Of a stretch of DNA of 32,846 bases, positions 16,628 through 24,338 are shown in pieces. Source of the DNA: Candidatus Acidiferrales bacterium (GTDB taxonomy: Bacteria; Acidobacteriota; Terriglobia; Acidiferrales; 2-02-FULL-67-57). Every line of letters starts with the position of its first letter. Position 1 is the stretch's first letter. The notes beneath the pieces are model-generated. The model was not told the DNA's origin. It saw only the letters and a list, made by a program, of their open reading frames with translations, and made no database searches. The stretch is from NCBI GenBank assembly GCA_050747425.1, contig JBOGNW010000246.1, positions 1-32,846 on the forward strand, written 5' to 3'. A program made the position numbers and the translations under genes.

Positions 16628-16656
16628 TTGACAGTCTAACTCCGGCGGGCTATAGT
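16628..16656 (+). promoter_or_regulatory. Candidate sigma70-type promoter for the ccm operon
   Basis: TTGACA (16628..16633), a 17-nt spacer, then TATAGT (16651..16656). It lies 38 nt upstream of the ccmE GTG. Confidence 0.55.
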
Positions 16657-16694
16657 CAGATGCTGGAAGCGGGCCGAGCCGAAAGGGTTGAAAC

Positions 16695-17141
16695 GTGTCC
16701 GGTGGAAAAACCAAATTCGTCATCGGGTCGCTGATTATCGTCGGCGTGCTCGCCTGGTTGGGCATCAGCGGATATCAAGAAAGCAAGAGCTACTACGTCA
16801 CTCTGCCCGAATTGCGCGCCCAGGGCGAAGAAGCCTACACCAGGCGGCTGCGGGTGGCCGGCGACGTACTGCCGGGCTCCATTCGCCGCCAGGAAGGCAA
16901 GGTTCTTTTTGCGATCCATCAAGGCTCCGACCAGCTGCCGGTGACTTACGTGGGCCGCGACCCGGTTCCCGACACGTTGGTGGACAACGCCCAGGCCATC
17001 GTCACCGGGCACTACGGGCGCGATAACGTTTTCGTTGCCGAACAAGTCCAGGCCAAGTGCGCCTCGAAGTATGAGGCCCTGCCGCCGGGAGTTCAACCCA
17101 AGCCGGCCTCGCCCACGGCGAGCGCCGCGCCCACCAATTAG
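16695..17141 (+). CDS. ccmE: Cytochrome c maturation heme chaperone CcmE, variant with CxxxY instead of HxxxY
   Basis: It has a GTG start, an N-terminal TM and an OB-fold core (RLRVAGDVLPGSI...VLFAI...LPVTYVG..PDTL.....IVTG). The C-terminal motif is QAKCASKYEA (Cys122..Tyr126) where canonical CcmE has AKHDENY. Confidence 0.9.
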   Translation: MSGGKTKFVIGSLIIVGVLAWLGISGYQESKSYYVTLPELRAQGEEAYTRRLRVAGDVLPGSIRRQEGKVLFAIHQGSDQLPVTYVGRDPVPDTLVDNAQAIVTGHYGRDNVFVAEQVQAKCASKYEALPPGVQPKPASPTASAAPTN

Positions 17142-19175
17142 ATGGACTCCCTGGGAAGTTTTGCTCTCCTGCTGGGTTTCTGTTTCTGCCTTTACGCCAT
17201 CGCCGCGGCCCTGGTGGGCGAGTGGAAACAAAAGCCGCTCCTCCAGCAGAGCGCCGAGCGCGCCGCGGTGGCCACAAGCGGCCTGATTGTAGTGGCCGCC
17301 GCCTGCCTGGTAGTTCTCCTGCAGCGGGATGACTTTCGCCTGGCCTACATCGCCTCGCACTCCAACCGCGCCCTGCCCGCCTATTTCAAGTTCGCCGCCC
17401 TGTGGTCGGGTCAGGAAGGCTCGCTCCTGTGGTGGAGCTGCCTGCTGTCAGTGTTCTCGATGACGGCAATTCTGCTCAACCGCCGCAGTCATCGCCACCT
17501 GATGCCCTACGCCGTGGCGGCTATGATGACCGTGCTGGGATTCTTTCTCCTTCTCAACAACTTTGTCGCCAGCCCCTTTCGGTTGCTGGCCGCGTCCACG
17601 CCGGCGGGACTCGAAGTCTTCGCGCCCACGGACGGGGGCGGGCTGAACCCGCTGCTACAACACCCGGCCATGGTCATCCACCCCCCGATGCTCTATCTGG
17701 GCTTTGTCGGGTTCACCGTGCCGTTCGCCTTCGCGCTCTCGGCGCTCCTGATCCGGGCGAAGGGCGAGCTCTGGATTCACATCACCCGCCGCTGGACGAT
17801 GATCGCCTGGGGCTTCCTCACCATCGGCGTCTTCCTCGGCGGGCGCTGGGCCTACGCCGTGCTCGGCTGGGGCGGTTACTGGGGCTGGGACCCGGTGGAA
17901 AACGCCTCGCTGCTGCCGTGGCTCACGGGCACGGCCTTCCTGCACTCGGTGATGATGCAGGAGAAGCGCGGGATGATGAAGGTCTGGAACATGGTGCTGA
18001 TCTTCGCCACCTTCTTCCTCTGCCTGTTCGGCACTTTCCTCACGCGCTCGGGCGTGCTCAGTTCCGTGCATGCCTTCGCCCAGTCGGCCATCGGACCCTA
18101 CTTTGCGGTTTTTCTTTCTCTGGCTCTTCTAGGGGCGGGCCTCCTTCTTCTCCAGCGCTTGGACTTTCTCAAGAGCGAGAACCAACTCGATTCGCTGCTG
18201 TCGCGAGAATCGAGTTTTCTGTTCAACAACTTGATCCTGCTGGCCTCCTGCTTCGCTGTGCTCTGGGGGACGCTCTTCCCGCTGCTCTCCGAAGCGGTGA
18301 CGGGCGTCAAGATCAGCGTCGGGGCTCCCTACTTCAACAAAGTGCAGGTGCCGGTGGGGATTCTGCTACTGCTGCTGACCGGCGTGGGGCCGCTATTTGC
18401 CTGGCGGCGCACTTCTCTCGAAAGCCTCCGCCGCAATTTCACCCGGCCGCTTATTTTCGGAGCCGTGGCCGCGATGGTCAGCCTCGTTCTGGGGGCGCGC
18501 AACCTCTACGCCTTGATGACCATCTTCCTCGCCTTCTTCGTGGTGGGGACTATCACGCTCGAGTTCTACCGCGGCGCCCGGGTGCTGCGCGAAAAAAGCG
18601 GCGAGGGCTGGGCGAGCGCCGTGCGCGAATTGACGCTCCGCAACACGCGCCGCTACGGCGGCTACATTGTTCACTTTGGCGTGGCGCTGGTCTTCATCGG
18701 CTTTGCCGGCAATGCCTTTAACATCCACCAGCAGGCCGAGGTGGTCCAAGGCGACGAGGTCACGGCCGGCCGCTACCGCTTCGTCGTCAAAGACCTCGAG
18801 CAGCAGGAGAACGACAACTTTACCTCCAGCCACCTCCGTGTCGAGGTCTACCACGGCAGCCGCCTGCTGACTACGCTGCGCCCCGAGCGCCGCTTCTACA
18901 AAGCCAGCCAGCAGCCCACTACCGAAGTCGCCATTCGCCCGCGCTTGAACGAAGACGTCTATCTGGTGTTCGCCGGCATGGCGGAAGAATCCGGCAAGGC
19001 CGTGATTCAGATTTACATCAATGCGCTCGTCAACTGGGTGTGGCTGGGCGGCGCCGTGATGGTGCTGGGCACGCTCGTTTGCTTGTTCCCCAGCCGCGCC
19101 CCGCAAGCACGGCCGGCACGCCGCCGCAAGAAAGTTCCCCTGGCGGAGAAAGAACCCCTTGAAGTGGCCGACTAA
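17142..19175 (+). CDS. ccmF: Cytochrome c-type biogenesis protein CcmF (heme lyase component)
   Basis: The ATG directly abuts the ccmE stop (TAGATG). The WWD motif is WGGYWGWDPVENASLLPWL. It is a multi-TM protein of 677 aa. Confidence 0.95.
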   Translation: MDSLGSFALLLGFCFCLYAIAAALVGEWKQKPLLQQSAERAAVATSGLIVVAAACLVVLLQRDDFRLAYIASHSNRALPAYFKFAALWSGQEGSLLWWSCLLSVFSMTAILLNRRSHRHLMPYAVAAMMTVLGFFLLLNNFVASPFRLLAASTPAGLEVFAPTDGGGLNPLLQHPAMVIHPPMLYLGFVGFTVPFAFALSALLIRAKGELWIHITRRWTMIAWGFLTIGVFLGGRWAYAVLGWGGYWGWDPVENASLLPWLTGTAFLHSVMMQEKRGMMKVWNMVLIFATFFLCLFGTFLTRSGVLSSVHAFAQSAIGPYFAVFLSLALLGAGLLLLQRLDFLKSENQLDSLLSRESSFLFNNLILLASCFAVLWGTLFPLLSEAVTGVKISVGAPYFNKVQVPVGILLLLLTGVGPLFAWRRTSLESLRRNFTRPLIFGAVAAMVSLVLGARNLYALMTIFLAFFVVGTITLEFYRGARVLREKSGEGWASAVRELTLRNTRRYGGYIVHFGVALVFIGFAGNAFNIHQQAEVVQGDEVTAGRYRFVVKDLEQQENDNFTSSHLRVEVYHGSRLLTTLRPERRFYKASQQPTTEVAIRPRLNEDVYLVFAGMAEESGKAVIQIYINALVNWVWLGGAVMVLGTLVCLFPSRAPQARPARRRKKVPLAEKEPLEVAD

Positions 19176-19644
19176 AAAGCTCGTCGCCCCCCTGCTGCTG
19201 CTTTCTCTAGGGCTGGCGCTGCTGCCGGCGAGACTCGCCGCGCAGGCCTCGAATAAGGATCCCTTCACCCGCATTTCCGATAAGCTGATCTGCCAGTGCG
19301 GGTGCCACTACGGGCTGACCAACTGCCCGCACCTCAATTGCCCATCGGCGCCTTCGCTGCGCGCCGCCATTCGAGAGAAACTGGCTGCCGGGTTGAGCGA
19401 GGAGCAGGTGCTCAAGGTCCTGGTGGATCAATTTGGCCCGGCGCTGCTGGCCGCTCCACCAGCGGAGGGGTTCAATCTCGCCGCCTGGGTGATGCCGTTT
19501 GTAGTCCTCGGGCTGGGCTTGTGGGCGGCGGTGACGGTGGCTCGTCGCTGGCGGGCGCGTGCGCCAGCCACGGCGGCTGAGGGGGCTATCGTCGAGCAGT
19601 ACCGCAGCCAGGCGGAGCGGGACATCAAGCGGCTCGAGGAGTAG
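19159..19644 (+). CDS. ccmH: CcmH-like cytochrome c biogenesis protein with a non-canonical Cys-rich motif
   Basis: The TTG start at 19159 overlaps the ccmF end by 17 nt. It has a signal peptide, then LICQCGCHYGLTNCPHLNC..LRAAIREKLAAGLSEEQVLKVLVDQFG, then a TM (WVMPFVVLGLGLWAAVTV). The layout matches CcmH, but the LRCxxC motif is replaced. Confidence 0.7.
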   Translation: MKWPTKKLVAPLLLLSLGLALLPARLAAQASNKDPFTRISDKLICQCGCHYGLTNCPHLNCPSAPSLRAAIREKLAAGLSEEQVLKVLVDQFGPALLAAPPAEGFNLAAWVMPFVVLGLGLWAAVTVARRWRARAPATAAEGAIVEQYRSQAERDIKRLEE

Positions 19645-19651
19645 GCAAAGA

Positions 19652-20044
19652 ATGGTGGTACTGGCCTGCGCGACGCTGACCCTGGCGGCGCTCATCTACG
19701 TCTTCTGGCTGACCCCGGAGCCGCTGCGCGTGAAGACTGCCCTGGAGCGCGAACGCGAGTATCTGGAAGAGAAGCGCAGCGTGGTGTACGAGAACCTGCG
19801 CGACCTCCACCTCGAGTACCGGATGGGCAAGCTCTCGGACCAAGACTACCAGCGCATTAGAGCGCGTTATCAGGAAGAGCTGGCGGCCCTGCTCCACCAA
19901 CTGGCGCTGAAAACCGGCGGGCCGGCCGAGGAGGCCCCTGCACTTGTGCCCGGGCGCTGCGCCCGTTGCGGCAGAGACAATTCGGTCGAAAACCATTTCT
20001 GCGGAGCGTGCGGAGCCGAGCTGCCGCGCCCGATGGCTGTGTGA
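19652..20044 (+). CDS. Membrane-anchored coiled-coil protein with a C-terminal zinc ribbon (possible CcmI-like accessory; function unknown)
   Basis: Track ORF 19559..20044 was trimmed to the ATG at 19652, 7 nt after the ccmH-like stop. It has an N-terminal TM (VVLACATLTLAALIYVFWL), a charged helical region, and CARCGRDNSVENHFCGACG (CxxC...CxxC). Confidence 0.65.
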   Translation: MVVLACATLTLAALIYVFWLTPEPLRVKTALEREREYLEEKRSVVYENLRDLHLEYRMGKLSDQDYQRIRARYQEELAALLHQLALKTGGPAEEAPALVPGRCARCGRDNSVENHFCGACGAELPRPMAV

Positions 20045-21126
20045 TGAAGCAACGGGCGACACTAATTTGGATCGGGGCTTCGTTGATTACTCTGTCCATT
20101 CTGGCTGCGCCGTTGTCAGGCGCAGAAATTGCAGGCCAAGTGACGAACGGAACAACCGGTCAGCCCACCGCCGGGGTGCAAATAAACCTGCTCGCCCTGC
20201 GCGAGCAGATGGTTCCCGTCCGCGAGGGGGAAACCGACTCCTCGGGGCGCTACCGCTTCGTGGTAGACGCTAACCCCAGCGAGCGCTTCGTGGTGCAGGT
20301 GCCCTTCCGCGGCGTGCTCTACAGCCGCCCGGCGGTGTTCTCGAGCGGTGACCGCATCAGCGTAGACATCGAGGTTTTCGAGACCGGTGCCCGCGCCGAA
20401 GAGGTCAGCGTCGAAGCCCACACCATCTTTCTCGAGCCGCACCGCGACCATCTGCGTTTGACGGAGTTTTACGCTCTCACCAACCGCAGCCAGCCCCCGC
20501 GCGCCTACGCCCCTGAGGGCGGCAGTTTCCGCTTCCCCCTGCCCGGCGTCGTCGGCGACCTGCAAGTTTCGGCCGGGCGCGCCGGCGGCATGCCGCTGCG
20601 CCAGCAGCCGCAGCCTACGCAGGAGAAAAACGTCCTTTCCATTGACTACGCCCTGCGGCCTGGCGAGACGGAAATCCAAATCAGCTATGCGCTCCCCCTG
20701 AGCGGGACTTCGTTCGAGTTGCGCCTTCCCTTGCGCGTATCCGCCCCGCGGCAGCATCTGGCCGTTCCCAAAGAAGGCGTACGCGTGGAAGGCACCGGGC
20801 TGAGAGAAGTCGAGCAGACTCAGGCGCCGGCCGTGCGCGTCTACGCGGTGGACGTGAAACCGCCGAAGGAACTGGCGCTGCACTTGACGGTAGACCCGCA
20901 AGCACTGGCCGCCGCGGAAGAATCCACGGGCGCCCCCGCAGCCGCGGCGGAAGGCGAAAGTCAGGTGCAGATCGTCTCCCACCCGGTGAACGAAGCCCAG
21001 TGGTATATTGTCGGGCTGACGTTGTTTGTGCTTCTCCTGGGGCTGTACTATCTCTACGCGTTTCACCCGGCTCCCGACGCCACCCATGCCACCGCCCGCG
21101 AGCCCCGCTCCACTGCCCACGACTAG
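20044..21126 (+). CDS. Exported protein of unknown function, with a carboxypeptidase-regulatory-like (Ig-like) N-domain and a C-terminal TM anchor
   Basis: Trimmed to the ATG at 20044, which overlaps the upstream TGA by 1 nt (TGATG). The signal peptide is MKQRATLIWIGASLITLSILAAPLSG. The CarboxypepD_reg-like domain is IAGQVTNGTTGQPTAGVQINLL...ETDSSGRYRFVV. The C-terminal TM is WYIVGLTLFVLLLGLYYLYAF. There are no cysteines. Confidence 0.7.
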   Translation: MKQRATLIWIGASLITLSILAAPLSGAEIAGQVTNGTTGQPTAGVQINLLALREQMVPVREGETDSSGRYRFVVDANPSERFVVQVPFRGVLYSRPAVFSSGDRISVDIEVFETGARAEEVSVEAHTIFLEPHRDHLRLTEFYALTNRSQPPRAYAPEGGSFRFPLPGVVGDLQVSAGRAGGMPLRQQPQPTQEKNVLSIDYALRPGETEIQISYALPLSGTSFELRLPLRVSAPRQHLAVPKEGVRVEGTGLREVEQTQAPAVRVYAVDVKPPKELALHLTVDPQALAAAEESTGAPAAAAEGESQVQIVSHPVNEAQWYIVGLTLFVLLLGLYYLYAFHPAPDATHATAREPRSTAHD

Positions 21127-21826
21127 CCCGCGTCTCGTTCTGCGTCAACTGAGCAAGTATTTCGACCGCTTCACCGCTTTGAACCGCCTCGAGCTGGCGG
21201 TGGAGCCCGGCGAGTTCGTGGTGGTGCTGGGCCGCAATGGGGCCGGCAAAACAACACTATTGCGCACGCTGGCCCTGCTGCTGGCGCCGAGCGAAGGCGA
21301 GCTGTTTTACGACGGCTGCCGCGCGCGCTCTCTCGATACTTCTTTCCGTCGTCGCCTGGGTTTCGTCGGCCACGAAACTTTTCTCTACGACGAGCTGACG
21401 GCCGAAGAAAACCTCCTTTTTACGGCGCGCCTGTTCGGGATGCCGGACCCGGGCCGGCGCGTGGCTCAGGTGCTCGCGGAGATGGAGCTTGAAGACCGGC
21501 GTCACAGTTTGGTGCGCAGCCTCTCGCGCGGCCTGAAGCAACGCCTGGCACTGGCGCGCGCCTGGCTGCACGAGCCCGACCTGCTGCTGCTGGACGAGCC
21601 CGCCACCGGCCTCGACGTTCCTACACGCACGCGCCTGCACCACTGGCTGGCGGCCTGCCACCGCAGCGGCCGCACCGTGGTCTTGAGCTCGCACGAATTG
21701 AGCGAAAGTCTCGCCGCCGCCACGCGTATCCTGCTGCTGGAGAAAGGCCGGCTGACCTTCGACGGGTCGAACGGGCCCCACCGACAGGCGGAGATGCGAG
21801 CGCGGCTGGAATCGGCGGCGGGGTGA
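21086..21826 (+). CDS. ccmA: Heme exporter ABC ATPase CcmA
   Basis: Walker A is GRNGAGKTTLLR, the signature is LSRGLKQRLALA, and Walker B is LLLLDEP. The start is uncertain: the first in-frame ATG after trimming is 21086, a 41-nt overlap with the upstream gene. Confidence 0.85.
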   Translation: MPPPASPAPLPTTSPRLVLRQLSKYFDRFTALNRLELAVEPGEFVVVLGRNGAGKTTLLRTLALLLAPSEGELFYDGCRARSLDTSFRRRLGFVGHETFLYDELTAEENLLFTARLFGMPDPGRRVAQVLAEMELEDRRHSLVRSLSRGLKQRLALARAWLHEPDLLLLDEPATGLDVPTRTRLHHWLAACHRSGRTVVLSSHELSESLAAATRILLLEKGRLTFDGSNGPHRQAEMRARLESAAG

Positions 21827-21829
21827 GCT

Positions 21830-22507
21830 TTGACCACCTGGCGCGTTACCACCGCGGTTTTTCGCAAGGATCTGGTCGCCGAACGGCGTACCAAAGACGT
21901 CTTTACCGCAGTTTTGCTGTTCGGTTTCGCGGTGTCGGTGGCGTTCGCCTTTGCCTTCGAGCCCACGGCGGCGGAAGCGCGAGCCATTGCCGGCGGCTTG
22001 CTCTGGCTGGCCTTTTTCTTTTCCGCGCTTCTGGGTCTCAACCGCTCCTTGGTACGCGAGAGTGCCAACGACTGTCTGCGAGGGCTGCGCCTGGCGCCCA
22101 TTGATCCGGGCGCCATTTACCTGGGCAAGTTGCTGGGTAACGTGCTTTTTCTGGTCCTGGCGGAGCTGGTACTGGTGCCCGTGTTCGGCGTGTTTTTCAA
22201 CTTGACACTATGGGCGCGTCCGGGCTGGCTGGTGCTCATCCTGGTGCTGGGGACCTGGGGGCTGGCTTCGCTGGGGACGATGTTTTCCGCCGTCAGCGCC
22301 CACACGCGCTTGCAGGAGCTGATGCTGCCGCTGCTGTTGTTGCCGCTGACCGTGCCGGCGCTGATTGCGGCTGTCGAGGCCACTTCTGTGCTGCTCAACG
22401 GGCGTCCGATGAGCGAAGCCTCCCTCGCCCTACAAGCGCTGGCGGGATTTGATATCATCTTCACCGCCTTGTGCTGGATGCTGTTCGGCTACGTGCTGGA
22501 AGAGTGA
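21830..22507 (+). CDS. ccmB: Heme exporter membrane protein CcmB
   Basis: The TTG start is 3 nt after the ccmA stop. The N-terminus MTTWRVTTAVFRKDLVAERR parallels E. coli CcmB (MMFWRIFRLELR...). It has six hydrophobic segments. Confidence 0.85.
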   Translation: MTTWRVTTAVFRKDLVAERRTKDVFTAVLLFGFAVSVAFAFAFEPTAAEARAIAGGLLWLAFFFSALLGLNRSLVRESANDCLRGLRLAPIDPGAIYLGKLLGNVLFLVLAELVLVPVFGVFFNLTLWARPGWLVLILVLGTWGLASLGTMFSAVSAHTRLQELMLPLLLLPLTVPALIAAVEATSVLLNGRPMSEASLALQALAGFDIIFTALCWMLFGYVLEE

Positions 22508-22511
22508 GGCG

Positions 22512-23204
22512 TTGAACAACTCGGGACCAGATCGCCTGAGCTGGCTGCTGGGGGGCGCGAGCTTCCTAGTGCTCAGCGCCGCCTTCGCCTACAGCTTTCT
22601 CCTGGCGCCCATCGAAGCCAGTATGTCCATGCTCGAGCCCATTCAGCGCATTTTCTACATTCATCTGCCCTCGGCCTTCGTGTCCTTTCTCGGCTTTTTC
22701 GTGGTGTTTGTAGCCAGCATCGCTTACCTCGTCACGCGACAGTTGAGATGGGACTGGCTGGCGGTTTCGGCCGCTGAGGTAGGCGTGGTGTTCTGCGCCG
22801 CCGTGCTCCTCACCGGGCCATTGTGGGCCAAGCCCGTCTGGGGCGTATGGTGGACGTGGGACGCGCGGCTCACCACCACGCTGATTCTGTTTCTGATTTA
22901 TGTCGGCTACCTGATGCTGCGGGTTTACGTCGGCGAGGCGCACCGGCGCGCGCTGCTGGCGGCAGTGGTGGGCATCATCGGCTTCGTGGATGTGCCCATC
23001 GTCTACATGGCCAACCGCTGGTGGCGCACCAACCACCCCGAGCCCATCATCGGCGGCGGCGGCCTCGACCCCCGTATGTGGGTGGGAATCCTGGGCGTGT
23101 TTACCGGAGCGCTGCTGCTAGCCAGCCTGCTGCTGCGGTTGCGGTTTCGTCTCGAAGCCCTGCGTGCCGAGTTAATGGAGCTAGAACGCCGCGCGGCCGC
23201 TTAG
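22512..23204 (+). CDS. ccmC: Heme exporter/heme-handling protein CcmC
   Basis: Track ORF 22449.. was trimmed to the TTG at 22512, with GGAAGAGTGAGG upstream, after the ccmB stop. The WWD motif is WGVWWTWDARLTTTLILFLIY. The conserved His contexts YIHLP and WWRTNHP are present. Confidence 0.9.
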   Translation: MNNSGPDRLSWLLGGASFLVLSAAFAYSFLLAPIEASMSMLEPIQRIFYIHLPSAFVSFLGFFVVFVASIAYLVTRQLRWDWLAVSAAEVGVVFCAAVLLTGPLWAKPVWGVWWTWDARLTTTLILFLIYVGYLMLRVYVGEAHRRALLAAVVGIIGFVDVPIVYMANRWWRTNHPEPIIGGGGLDPRMWVGILGVFTGALLLASLLLRLRFRLEALRAELMELERRAAA

Positions 23205-23218
23205 GAGAAATCGGAAGA

Positions 23219-23368
23219 ATGGACGTGGGCTTGAAGCACTTTTTGCTGGCTTACATCCTGGTCTGGGCGTTGTTCTTCGGCTACCTTTTGAATCTCGCAT
23301 TCCGGCAAAAGCGCCTGGCGGACGAACTGCGCAACCTGAAAGAAAGCCTGACCCGCAAAGGCGGCTGA
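23219..23368 (+). CDS. ccmD: Small single-TM protein, CcmD-like heme exporter subunit (49 aa)
   Basis: The ATG at 23219 lies 11 nt after AGGAG (23203..23207). The protein is MDVGLKHFLLAYILVWALFFGYLLNLAFRQKRLADELRNLKESLTRKGG. Its position directly after ccmC and its one-TM-plus-basic-tail topology fit CcmD. Confidence 0.7.
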   Translation: MDVGLKHFLLAYILVWALFFGYLLNLAFRQKRLADELRNLKESLTRKGG

Positions 23369-23382
23369 GGTCGGAAGCCGCC
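23360..23382 (+). other. Stem-loop spanning the ccmD stop codon (possible operon boundary or processing element; not a canonical terminator)
   Basis: GGCGGCT (23360..23366) pairs with AGCCGCC (23376..23382) around a 9-nt loop. No U-tract follows. Confidence 0.25.
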
Positions 23383-23424
23383 ACACGGGCGCGAATACTA
23401 GAGAAGCAAGCGAGGAGTTGCCCG

Positions 23425-24324
23425 ATGCATGTGGGGCTTATCGGTCTGGGACGGATGGGCGCCGCTATGGCCGAGCGGCTGCTCAAGCGCGGGCATGAGG
23501 TCGTAGTCTACGACCGCAGCCCCGCTAAAGTGCGGCAGCTTCAGACGCATGGCGCCCGCGGGGCGAATTCTCTCAGCAAGCTGGCCGAGCAACTGCGCCG
23601 CCCGCGCATCGTCTGGTTGATGGTGCCGGCGGGCGAGCCGGTGGGCGCTGTCCTGCGCCAGCTCGAAGGCTACTTGACCCGCGGCGACGTGGTTCTTGAC
23701 GGCGGCAACTCCTTCTACCGTGACTCGCAAGCGCGGGCGAAAGACCTGAAAGAAGGCGGCATCCACTTCCTCGACGTGGGCACCAGCGGCGGCATTCGCG
23801 GCCACGAACAAGGCTACTGCCTGATGGTGGGCGGCGAACGGAAAGCCTTCCGCCGCGTCGAGCCGTTGCTGCGCGCGCTGGCGCCGCGGGGCGGCTACGC
23901 GCACGCGGGCTCAAGCGGCGCCGGACACTTTCTTAAGATGGTGCACAACGGCATCGAGTACGGGCTGCTCGAAGCTTATGGCGAAGGCTTCGAGATGCTG
24001 GCGCAGTCCGAGTTCAACTTTGATCTCTACCGCGTGGCCGCGCTCTGGAACCGCGGCAGCGTGGTGCGCTCCTGGCTGCTGGAGCTGGCCGCCTCGGCGC
24101 TCGCCAAAGACCGTCGGCTGCGGCGCCTGCGCGGTTACGTGGAAGACTCCGGAACCGGCCGGTGGACGATTGAAGAAGCCATCAAGCGCGGGGTGCCGGT
24201 GCCGGCCCTGGCGCTGGCGTTGTTCCGGCGCTTCCGCTCGCGACAGGAAGATTCCTTTGCCGCCAAACTCATCGCCGCCCTCCGCCAGGAGTTCGGTGGC
24301 CACGCCGTCAGGAAAAAGAAATAG
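23425..24324 (+). CDS. gnd: 6-phosphogluconate dehydrogenase, decarboxylating, short (~300 aa) form
   Basis: Key segments are [41 protein letters not shown] and [34 protein letters not shown] lies 8 nt upstream. Confidence 0.88.
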   Translation: MHVGLIGLGRMGAAMAERLLKRGHEVVVYDRSPAKVRQLQTHGARGANSLSKLAEQLRRPRIVWLMVPAGEPVGAVLRQLEGYLTRGDVVLDGGNSFYRDSQARAKDLKEGGIHFLDVGTSGGIRGHEQGYCLMVGGERKAFRRVEPLLRALAPRGGYAHAGSSGAGHFLKMVHNGIEYGLLEAYGEGFEMLAQSEFNFDLYRVAALWNRGSVVRSWLLELAASALAKDRRLRRLRGYVEDSGTGRWTIEEAIKRGVPVPALALALFRRFRSRQEDSFAAKLIAALRQEFGGHAVRKKK

Positions 24325-24338
24325 CAACCGGGAAAGCA

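Noticed and set aside
16656-17360. 234-aa minus-strand ORF
   Set aside because: It is antisense to ccmE and ccmF and spans their promoter region. It has no motifs.
17402-18721. 439-aa plus-strand ORF in an alternative frame of ccmF
   Set aside because: It is the same strand but a different frame from CcmF, which has the WWD motif and TM helices. The translation is Arg/Pro/Gly-rich junk.
20116-21120. 334-aa minus-strand ORF
   Set aside because: It is antisense to the exported CarboxypepD_reg-like gene. That gene has a signal peptide, a recognisable domain and operon-consistent coupling. The antisense translation is Arg/Gly-rich with no features.
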